Of a stretch of DNA of 64,000 nucleotides, positions 12,101-24,100 are shown one piece after another. The DNA is from Phoronis australis. Lineage: Eukaryota; Animalia; Phoronida. The stretch lies in NCBI GenBank assembly GCA_002633005.1, contig NMRA01000067.1, positions 852,440 through 916,439 of the forward strand, in the 5' to 3' direction. The translations under genes and the position numbers were made by a program. Position 1 is the first letter of the stretch. Every line of letters starts with the position of its first letter. Below the pieces are notes generated by a model, which ran no database searches, was not told where the DNA came from, and saw nothing but the letters and a program-made list of their open reading frames with translations.

Positions 12101-15100
12101 GTCTACTAAAATTTAGTAAAACTTGGATGTTTCAATGCTCGAATGTGGTAAAGTGTTGCTGGAACTGATTCACAGTTGCGTTCGTTTTGGAGCTAAATTC
12201 TCATGGGACGACACTCACTAAGTCACCGACATATTTAAAAAAGTCGGGTGGGGTAATAGTTGACCATAGTCAATAACCCGGAGGACACATGAAAACAGGA
12301 AAAGAATCCTATGTTGACACCCTCACCGGTCGAGACTGGTCGACTCGATCAGTTGCGCACCTTAATCTGCAGGTTTAGATCAAAGGCACCATGCTGTTGT
12401 GGTTACTTAAATAGCTTCAGTCTGCTGATGTTATTGTTCTCTAGATTATGAGGATCACCATAAACACATTGGGGGTGACAATAGTACTTTTAAATTTTCG
12501 TTTTGAAAGTTTGTAAATAGCATATTTGAATAGTTTGTGAAAAGCACATGTGGAGTATATGTGACTTTTACAACTTAAAACATTTGTTTAACGTTGCAAT
12601 TACATGTCCTACATTAATTCTCCTGGGTGTTCAACATAATTGAGTCAATTACCAAACCACCAGGCAGCAGTTGGATTTTGAGGTGAGCCAATTGTCATCG
12701 TACAATTCTTGGCATGATGTAGGACTATAGCAAACTTCCCTAAAAGTCGAACAAAAAAATTTACTAAAATCGAACACTTTTCCAACATTCAAAAGCTAAC
12801 TGAATCGTCAAAACTGCTCAAAGTTCATAGTGCATTTGTTGATGACAATTGTTCAATAGAAACTGCATGTGGAAATGATGAAGTAAAGTTTTCTTCCTGC
12901 TAACTTTTGTCAAAAATTTTGAAAAAATATTTTTCACTGTTCCGCCATATTGAAGGCCCCCATGGAAAGCATTGAAAACTGATAGGGTTACCTTCATTGT
13001 AAATACCACAATAAATAAATAAATATTCTGTTCTAAATTGAAGAAACTTTACCATAACCCTTCTCCAACAAGAGACAACAGTTACTGTTCTCCCAACAGG
13101 TTGTTAGCAACCCATGGGAAGTGAAGTCCACTAGACATAAATTATACGTGTGAGAACCATCCAGCTCAGCACAGTGTGAAGTGGTTGAAGCCACATGGAC
13201 TGTTAAGTTTAATTAACCTGAAGCCTGTAGATCCCACAGTACATGTCATGTTTTGAGGAATTGATTTCACAGTTTACAGCCAAAAACAGTTTCAAGTAAT
13301 CAAGATGGGAACCCATTACATAGCTGCCACAGCCATGAGTCACTAAGAGTTGTACAAAGCTCTGATACTTTTATTATATGTAAGACATGTGACTGCCAGC
13401 GTAGTATTACTGACAGATGTATAATTTCAGGTGCAGGTCACCAACTGTGTTCTGGCAAACACAGCAATGTTCATGCGAGTTGCTTGGCTATGCCTGATCT
13501 GGTGCGCCACCACCCAGGTGTATGGCTACTCTCGCACTGCCATGGAGAACTACAGACGGTATTACTACTACCTTCAGCAAATGCAAGAGAATGACATGAT
13601 AAACAAACGGCAGAATACAGCCGGTGGTCAGGTGGATGACCGGCAGCGGGCTGGGCAGGATGAACAGGCAGACCCGCCATCGCGCTGCAGCTCGCACGAA
13701 TACAGGCAGTTATCGGGCAGTCTTCAGAATGAACACCAGTGTCTCCAGCTAGAGGCAATACAGAAAAACATTGCGACTGAGAAAGACGACTTGGACATGA
13801 CGTACAAAAGAATTATGAAGTGAGTAATTATTTGCCATTTGTGGCTCACACTCATATCAAGAGGGGATATTCTCCTATCCAACTCAATTCCACATTGCAA
13901 CTTTATTCTTTTATTTACCTGTCAAAGAGCCCATTGTCTACCATCAGAGCAGGAACATCAATTATCTCTCACTAATAATCTGAAAGTGACCTAAAAACCC
14001 AGGGTAACTTAACTTGACTAAAAGCTTCTCCATTAATTTTTGTCACTAACAAATTGACTAAATGATCAGCAGCCGATGAAAAAAAATCAGAGTGGAAATA
14101 GGTGATTTGGAAAATTTTACAAATTTTATAGTCCATTTTAATTGCAACATGTGGCCTTCACAGTATGTTACAAAATAAGTCACAAAAGAGTAGAGGAAAT
14201 AGACAACAGCATGTCTCTTGAAGCATGTTGTGCCCAGTCTCTTGTTTTTCCAGGGCCAAAATTGTGACCAGCATTAGGCTCTAAATGGAAACAAGACCAT
14301 CAAACTGACTTATAGTTGACAACAGACCCCAAGAACTGGGACTTCCCAATCTGTTTTCTCTTAAAGGTGCAATGAACCGGTCTTCTCTTAAAGGTGCAAT
14401 GAACCAGCCTTCTCTTAAAGGTGCAATAAACGTTATCTTCTCTTAAAAACAAATTTTGATGAAGGCCACTTATCGTTATAAAATCGGTCTCACCTTTTCC
14501 TTTACTCATATTCAAAACAATTTCTAGGCTTGAAAAATACTCTCGCCAGTGAGTTTGTTATTGCTTTTGACCAGGGCCATTTAGTAAAATCGTCAAGGGA
14601 ATTCCAGTGTAACAAATTTGTGGCTTTTTCACTTAAAAAATGGTAAGAATGTGATGACATGGTTTGGAAGACTTAAAATAGGCATGTGAAGAAAGTTGTT
14701 TTTGACAACACACAGTTTATAGCTTTTAAAATTCTTTGCTCCAATATTCATTTCCTATCAACACATTTTTGTGCACGGGCCATTTTTGCTTCCCACATAC
14801 AAGAGTGTACTACTGAAATTTACCATATTTTTTAAAGTTCAATAGATTAATGCCAACAAGTGATGATGTTAAATTGGTTAACCTATGAAAATATATAGTT
14901 TATGCTTTTCATCTCCGTAACAGTTTGCTGCACTCTTAAGTGCGCTACATGCTGTTCTTTTGTACTGTAGGCCTATGGCCTTTATTAAATAAATAAATTG
15001 ATCGATACAAACCACTTTCTGTTCCTTTGAACAATTTTGTAATCCTGAGTCACAGTCAATGATTTGTAAGCAAAAAAAGGTTACAATAAAATGAATAGTG

Positions 15101-18100
15101 GCATGACAGAAATAAAAACAACTTGGAGGAACTTGTATAGGCCGGTCAAGAGCACAATTCACAGCACAATTCCTTGTGATGTCCTGGGATTAGATCTCCA
15201 AAGCCTGCCATTGGTATCCAGTACTTTAGGTGAACTATTTGTATTCTAGAGGACTTGCCGACATGAGCAGCAAGATAGACCGAGTAACAGAGTACATTCA
15301 AGTGTCTGAGGCATTAGAAACTTTAGACATCAACGACTTCTTACAGCCCAGAGAGGTGCCCATTGCTAAAGGTAAGCACCCAGTAAGCAATTCTTCACAT
15401 TTGTATTCTAGAATTCTGACGAAATCTGAGAGAAAGCTATTCATCTTCAATGAAATCTTCATAGCTGAGGCAGTGGAACAGCATGATGAGTCAGAGATGG
15501 CTTTTACAGCAGAGTTGCTGCCCCTGCAGACAGGTAAAGCATGGCTAAGGTAATATCTTAACAATTTGGGAAAAAATAATTGCCAAAATTGGTCGCTTTT
15601 CAGTTTTGTAAGACTTCCAGCATTTTTGAGAATGCTCACAATTTCTCATAACACTCGTTGATGACAGCTACGGCATACAACTTATGACTGGTATTAAGCT
15701 GTTTGGTACCTACAACCAAATGTGGACACATAAAATGAAGAAAGAAAATTTCCCTAGTCCATCACATTGTGTACTTAATTGGTGATATCTTTCTGCAAGT
15801 GGTTTAACTAAGACAAGATTTCCTACCTGTAGACATCAAGAGGATTTCTCTGTTTGTATTGCAAATAAGCTTTCTATACAATAGTGACCAATTGAAATAA
15901 AATGTCACTAGATGGCAGTAGAGTGGTTGCTCATGAACAAACCTTTAGTAGCAATTATAGTCCATATTTCATGTCAAAGTAAATTGAGGAAGCACTTGAT
16001 TTTTGCTTTTTTACTACTTTAAAATGTTTCAATCGTATTAGCCAGAGATTGTTCATTTACATTTTTATGAAAAAAATGAAAGTGAGTCTCATGTTTGAAA
16101 ACCCTTTACCTTAACACTGCACAGAACCCTTCAATGTTAGCCGACTCTTAAGAACCCAGGATAGCCTATAAGCTTAAATCATAAATTGGCCAATTACCAC
16201 ACACCACAACACAAAAACATGATGAAGCGTTCTCAAAATTCAGATCAACAAATACAGCCTCAAAAGCACTTATTCCCTAAAACTTGGATAGTCGGATGTA
16301 ACATGCCCGTATTTTGAGAACCAGTTTGATGCACATTATTTAGTGGAGAAAACTGGTCCTCAAAATTCGGGCACACTACATCCGACCATTATCTGTAAGA
16401 ACGAGTTTTGAATTCATTTTNTTAGTAGCAATTATAGTCCATATTTCATGTCAAAGTAAATTGAGGAAGCACTTGATTTTTGCTTTTTTACTACTTTAAA
16501 ATGTTTCAATCGTATTAGCCAGAGATTGTTCATTTACATTTTTATGAAAAAAATGAAAGTGAGTCTCATGTTTGAAAACCCTTTACCTTAACACTGCACA
16601 GAACCCTTCAATGTTAGCCGACTCTTAAGAACCCAGGATAGCCTATAAGCTTAAATCATAAATTGGCCAATTACCACACACCACAACACAAAAACATGAT
16701 GAAGCGTTCTCAAAATTCAGATCAACAAATACAGCCTCAAAAGCACTTATTCCCCAAAACTTGGATAGTCGGATGTAACATGCCCGTATTTTGAGAACCA
16801 GTTTGATGCACATTATTTAGTGGAGAAAACTGGTCCTCAAAATTCGGGCACACTATATCCGACCATTATCACAGTTAAAACCTCCTGGTTATCAGCAAAT
16901 GGATCCTAACTTAATCAGTCTCCCTTTCTAAAAGGTTTCATCTTGTTGGATTTCAAAGAGTGGTTATCCTAATTTCACAGTGGAACGTCCCTCAATTCCC
17001 CCAGAGTTAAAACACTAACCTAGGTTTTTGCTTTTCTGTGTATTTGATGTTAGTACCAAAAGGGGTATCAGAATCATTTCGATTTCCAAACACTGGTACG
17101 ACGCCAGTAGTAGTCAGTAGAATATAAATTTGACAGTGAGGGAATTAAGTGGGTGTTAAATTTTTGCTTCCGGCAATACCACTGAAAAGCTCTATATTTA
17201 TTTAAAAGTTTGCTATTCGTTACTTTCAAGACGTCAATGCAGCACAATCATAGCTTTGGTTCATGTTCTGGGGTGGAACTCATAGTTTTTGCCAATATTT
17301 AACATTCTTAGTAACACAGAACACACAGTGAAATGGAGTTCACCGATTGCTAAACAGAAAAATTCAATGCGGTTAGCTCAATTTATTGTATTCTGAAGTT
17401 TGTGACTTCAGCATAACCTAATATAAGAGCTATGGGGAGGGAGTTTAAGTGGGGGATACTTTAACAAAACAGTACTATCATATGACCGCAGTAAGATGTA
17501 TTTGACCAGTAAATAATATTTGAAAGAAAACAACTGAGCCAGGCTAGGTAATGTTTCCTAAAAGTAAATAAATGAAAATGACTCTCATTGAAAAGATACC
17601 AAACCCAGCTTAGACAACACATAAAATGGTGTTCCCATCCAGTTCTCAGAAACAAAACAACCAGCTTTGTAACCCTCAACAACCCTCAAAAGTTTGGAGG
17701 AAAATTTGAAAATTCTTCAGCCTGTTAAAAGGGCAAGCGTGACCAGCACCTAGGCTTTATTAGGCGAGCTACACAACAACTGTAGGGAAAGGCCATCTAC
17801 CAAGAACCATAATATCCTATTTGTGACACAGAAAAGAGTTTTTAGTTCAATCATCATCACTCAAATGGGACGCATATGATGCATTAGCAGGTGACTGAAT
17901 GAGCATAGGGTTGAAATCACCAAAACAGGGTTTATTATCCCTTTAATTATACACAAAAAATCAAACGTATGACACATCCTATTTTAACAATCATGCCACC
18001 TGCAATGTCACAAATGACCCTTCTCTTGAGTTATGATTTGCAAAGAAAGTCAGATGCTATAGTTGTTTCAGGACAAATGCATAACTACATAAAAACGATA

Positions 18101-21100
18101 GTCCAGGACAACTAAAAATTAGGTGTGTACAAGTTCAGTTTCCAAGCTGTTGCTAAGGGACAACCTAAACTTTCTCATAGCCTTCCGCTAAAGTTAAATT
18201 CAATCTTAAATGCATGCATGCGAAAAACATTTTCTATAAAATCTTTACACTGTATCACGTATCAAAAAGAAATGCAGCGAGTGAATTGCTTGTAAATGGC
18301 CAGGGATGCTTTCCCCGTCTTCAACTAGATGTTGGGACTTGAGTCAGATCAATGAAACAATGATAAATGCAATAAACTAATGAGCCTAATTCAGGAGGTA
18401 TTCAGCTCTCGGCTTCAAGATGTCTGCCACTTCACAACAGCCGCGAATAAAACGTAAAAGTTTCAAAGCAAACCACGTAGTTACGACAAGTGCATGATTT
18501 GTTAACAATAATTGCTGAAGAAGCTCGATGCCTTCAAATCTGTATCTCCGATTACAACATTGACGACATATGGCAATTTTTCATCCCTGTGGTCAGGGTG
18601 TAACAATGTCTTGGAGTTGATCATGAAGGATTTAAATGTGTTACTGATCCTTTCAACTTAAAGTGCTTAAAACCACCATTTACCTTATTTTGACAAGTGA
18701 TTACATTGTCGTCACCACTAAACCTTCCTTTATGGCATTGCACTTCACTGTCAGGAATTCAATATCCAAAAGCAGAAAATATAAGGAAGGCAGCTTCCAT
18801 TAAAAATTTTGTCACTGACTACGCACATGAGTATGATGTATGAACGTTACCTCAACGCCACCGTGTCATTTCCACCAACACACCAGTTTTGAGTAATAAG
18901 TTGTGCCACAGCCACGCTTCTGCGGTGCCCACAGAAAAGTGACGAGCCACAATGTAGTCAAATACCAAGTTGTTACAATCACCGCAAACACCTTGCCATT
19001 GCTTATTATACCATAAACCAAGGGAAAACGAGCAGCAATATCTCATGACTTTTGACACTGAACACAATGGAGGTAGACTTTCAGTGCTGTGATTTGTAGT
19101 CCTGATTTTACGTAGTATGTATCGGCCAATAAATACTCGTAAATAGAGAACAGCTATGAACTAACGAATCATCAGATAGTGTTTGCAGGTGTTCTAATTT
19201 GACAGCTGACCAAATGGGGGAGTTGTTTTTAAGCACTTTAAGAGTCCTTGGCAGAACCTAGCAAGAAATGTGAACTCAAGTGCAAAAGGCATGATGTGCT
19301 CAATTAATGATTGAAAACTTCAATTTTATGGTTGGTGTTAAGAGATGGAGCAATGTGTATTAACTGTAAGACAACTTTAACACACTTTCTTTCAACTGTT
19401 AACGTTTGTTTATTCTTCGGAATTTTTGCACAAGCTCATTCAGCCGTATTTGGACAAGTTGAATTGACTGAAGTAGAGTCGACAGAATGAACATCCAGTC
19501 AAAGTCGAAGTCAAGTCCTTAAATGGTATTTGGGCAAATACGGACCACTTATTTTCCCCCCCAAAAGTGAATCTCTTCTGCAGCAGACCTCTTACAACCC
19601 CATTGCCACCAGGGAAGGAGTGTCCCCCCTGTGGGCCTAGCTGTCACAACTACACCAACCATAGCCATAAACACCAACAGCTGGTTGAGAGAGAAGCTGA
19701 CCTCAACAAACAATAAATACAATCCATAAGCACACATCATAAATGATCAACAAATTAAAGGATCCATTTGAACTAATTGTCAACCAACCACACGCATTAC
19801 TACAAGTCATATATCAAAGTGTAACGGATGCTGTAATTAGTATTTAGCATGTATTTAATGTTAAAACAATCATCCATGAAATGATGTCAATATTGTTATT
19901 CTGTGGCCCGTGTCACACTATTGCAAACAGGATGTTGCTTAATAGATATTTACCACGTACCATCTTGAAACAACCATTAGTGAAATATAGGTGTATTATA
20001 ATACCCTGACTACTGTCACAACTACCAAGTCCTATATCTGTTTTACTGGCAGTCGGGTGCAGGTGACTTGCACCTTACTTCACTCTATAATCACAACCTA
20101 CCATTAAAATTTGTTTCACCGACCATGCAATTATGTTTAAAGGGCTTCTTACATTGTTCTGAATACCCACACAAGTTCAAAAATGCGACAGTAGCTACAG
20201 TCCAGAAATGAGAACAAAATTCCCTAGTCCACCATTCATTCACTCACTACTAAGACCGAGCTCAGAGGAGTAGGAGACACTGCTCACCTATCTGCCAGTG
20301 AAGCCAGGATCCAAACCCGGGTGTCCCAAACGGGAGTACGTAGCTCAAATCACTGAGCCACACTGTCTCCTCCATACTGCAACCTTTAATTGGTAGTGTA
20401 ATTTTAATTATGTATGTTAATTATATTAACATTATGTAGTGTAATTTAAATTATGTATGTTAATTATACTAACATTATGTAGGACCTTATCGACAAGTCC
20501 GTGTAATTAGCCATAATCTACAAAACCACAGAATCTTAAACTGTGACAGTAAAAGCACACATTTATGATTGGCATATGTTCCGAATGATACGTGCGTCAC
20601 AAGCTCATTATCAGAGATGAAAAGGAGACTGACTGGTAGGCGATATAAGGTCATTTGTTATGACTAATACAACAAGTAATAGATAGTGAATAAAAATAAG
20701 TAAAATACAAAATATATAATCTCTTGTGAGATGAACGATAAAAAAGCGAAGCTTGACTTCTGACTTAATATCGATTTTTCATTGATTAGGTCATGTGACC
20801 ATGTCTTTTAAAGCAAGTTAAGCATAAAACAAAGGTACAGGCATAGCAAAACAATGCAGTCAGTAACACGACCAAGTTTCATTTCCTGTAAATGTTCAAG
20901 ATGAAATCCCAAGACTGTTGCATAGTTTTCTAAAAATCACTTCATTTATTATGTAAATTTTTATTTTTTCGTAAAAATCATAAAAATCCTATTTTCTAAT
21001 TAGCCTCGTATGCAAACGTGGAGCATTTAAAAAAAAAATTAATAATTAGTTTTGATGAACAGATAGTACGGTAAAGTCGCGTGATTTTCGGACGGCCCGC

Positions 21101-24100
21101 CATTTTCGACCAAGAATAAATATTTCCGAAATGAGTTTTTCATAGTCCACGAAATTCGTACAAGGTCAAAAAATGTTTTTCAACGATCCCCAAATTTCGG
21201 ACAATGTCATAAAAGTCGGATTTTTGTCCCGCGACTTTCGGACAAGGAAAATTTTTAGAAACGGTAATTTGGGATCGACGCAACTCCCGTGTCACTAAAG
21301 CGTTCAACGGATGATTACTACTGTATACGGCTTGAGTCCGAGAATCGGTATAACGGGTTTGTAATTTTTACCTTGTCTTGACGATGTCACGACCGTTACT
21401 CGATTGTCTTGCGTTTAGCTTGTGTTTGGCGCNNNNNNNNNNNNNNNNNNNNNNNNNNNNNNNNNNNNNNNNNNNNNNNNNNNNNNNNNNNNNNNNNNNN
21501 NNNNNNNNNNNNNNNNNNNNNNNNNNNNNNNNNNNNNNNNNNNNNNNNNNNNNNNNNNNNNNNNNNNNNNNNNNNNNNNNNNNNNNNNNNNNNNNNNNNN
21601 NNNNNNNNNNNNNNNNNNNNNNNNNNNNNNNNNNNNNNNNNNNNNNNNNNNNNNNNNNNNNNNNNNNNNNNNNNNNNNNNNNNNNNNNNNNNNNNNNNNN
21701 NNNNNNNNNNNNNNNNNNNNNNNNNNNNNNNNNNNNNNNNNNNNNNNNNNNNNNNNNNNNNNNNNNNNNNNNNNNNNNNNNNNNNNNNNNNNNNNNNNNN
21801 NNNNNNNNNNNNNNNNNNNNNNNNNNNNNNNNNNNNNNNNNNNNNNNNNNNNNNNNNNNNNNNNNNNNNNNNNNNNNNNNNNNNNNNNNNNNNNNNNNNN
21901 NNNNGAATAGACATGTGGGATTGGTCAGGAAACCACGTATATGCATCCTATGAAGATTTCTCACTTGGAAGTGAGCGAAAGAAATACAAGATCACATACG
22001 GTGCGTATCACGGCAATGGCGGAGACTCGTTCAAGACGTATCACAACAACACCGCATTCAGTACGCCTGATCGGGATAATGACTCGTGGTTTGCCTCTTG
22101 TGCCAGTAAGGACAGTGCAGGATGGTGGTATAGAGATTGTAGCTATGCAGCGTTGAATGGTCCGTACCACAACAATGGGCGGGTACCAATAGGACCAGCA
22201 GGGGTGGGGGGAGGGCTTCTGTGGTATGAATGGAAGAGGGATCACACCTACTCTCTGAAGAAGGTAGAAATGAAAATACGACCAATGGTTGGGTATTGAT
22301 GATTGATAACCAATAACTTAACTATAACAACTGGCTGTGCCGTTTTGTATAAATATAAAACATTATTTTGTGCTTAATACAAACACTACTTTACATATGT
22401 GAGTACTTCCTTCACATTTGTTTCATTTTAAATATTTCTAGTTTTTTAAAACGTGTTTTATTGAAATGTGTCCTCATACGTGCAGAGTAAAATGAGGCCA
22501 AACCACCCATCTCAATCTATTAAAACAACACGTCTTCACAACTCTGAGATTGGCTAGCTGGATATCATGCCTCATACCCTAAATCACATTAAACATTGGT
22601 ACCAAATCTCCAATGAGCATCCTTTTGAGGCAATTACGGACCACAGGCACATGTTACTCAATTAAACTGTCTTGTTATTTACAATTAACAGGGTGAAAAA
22701 TTTGGAAGTTAAATAACCTTGGGATATCGAAATTCAAGGCAAAAAGGGAAATTTTTTGATTCTGAAGATTGAGCATAGGCAATTTTGGCTTTTTATAAAA
22801 TTTCTGAAATATCAGACAACTTAGACATTTATAATATTTCTGAACTATCGGGCACTGGGGGAATTAATAGGTTTCGTCATGATTGAGAAGGAAGCAGGGA
22901 AATTAAGAAGAAAGCAATAAAGGTGTGTAAGCAGTGCTGCCACTTGTCAAAATTGAAAAAAGTATCCATGTTGTCCTAAAAAGTGTAATTTTTTCATAAC
23001 GACTGGTGATGACTTTCGAACGGCTCCAACAACTGTGGCACCTCCTAGAGGTATTTTTCGGGTGCATCACTGTATCTCCTAAGCCCTCTGCAGGATCTTT
23101 ATTAAGGTCACTGTCTACCATCATTGCCAAAGATTCGATTTTTTAAATAACTTTTGAACTGCGAATAGTAGACCCATCACTCTATATTTTTTTAATATCA
23201 TTGAGTATCACAGAATCTTATTGTGTGCATGAAAATAGTGTTCAGTGGTTCGTGATCACGACTGCATTTTTTTCTAAAAAATTGCATTTTCTCACAGAAA
23301 TGATCCTATTTTCCATAAACATGATTTTTTCGCCTGAAACTTGCAAATTCTGTTTCTTTGTTCCATTAGCAAAAAGTATAAAACATGACATTCACCGATG
23401 AAGTATAAGTTATAAAATACTTTCAAAAAGTAAAATGTGGCAGCAATGGGTAAGTCCTTATGTATTAAGAGTTTCGCTACCATTAAATAACTATTACCAG
23501 TCATTTTTGCTGTTGGCATGACAGGGGAATGGTATTTTGTCCTTACTGAATTGTCATGTGTTGTACACAATCTGGTTAGCAGCTAATTGGCAGTGACAAT
23601 TCAGTACAGCCTTGAATTGGCAATTAAGTTTCCATGCCCCTCTGGCCTCAGTCACCATCCCCTGAGGAAAAATAGTGCATCATTCGGATTGGCCAAAGAT
23701 TTTTCATAACTGGTCTCGAGGACATTTTCAGTCTATGAGAGTGCGTATCCTCTAATGTATCAATCACAGTGACCTCACCTTTATTTCAATAGTGCCCCTG
23801 AATGTGGTACCAAACTCCTCTTTCAGCAGACGTTGGCATGGCTCACTGATGTGTATGCGGCCAGACAGACTGTTGGTCTCCATCCTTGAGGCTGTGTTCA
23901 CTGTGTCACCAAACAGACAGTACTGTGGCATGCGTTTACCAACCACCCCTCCCACCACACTGCCAGTGTGCATACCTGTTAATTCATACAAATACCACAC
24001 AAATGTTGCCAAACTGCTCCTGCGCTGTGTTAAATGGGGCTAATCTCTAACTAGTGTAGTGAGACAACAGAAGATCACACTAGTAAAAGGCTCGTATTTC

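Noticed and set aside
15945-16870. Tandem duplication as a biological event
   Set aside because: The second copy starts exactly at a single-N contig join, as at 3941 and 31492; typical assembly overlap
20892-20940. AG|ATGAAATCCCAAGACTGTTGC as start of the FReD (xxDC motif)
   Set aside because: The DC frame is incompatible with the phase-1 upstream exons and stops quickly; weak acceptor
21368-21964. Long ORFs full of X in several frames
   Set aside because: Artefacts of the N gap; only the + frame after 21905 is real
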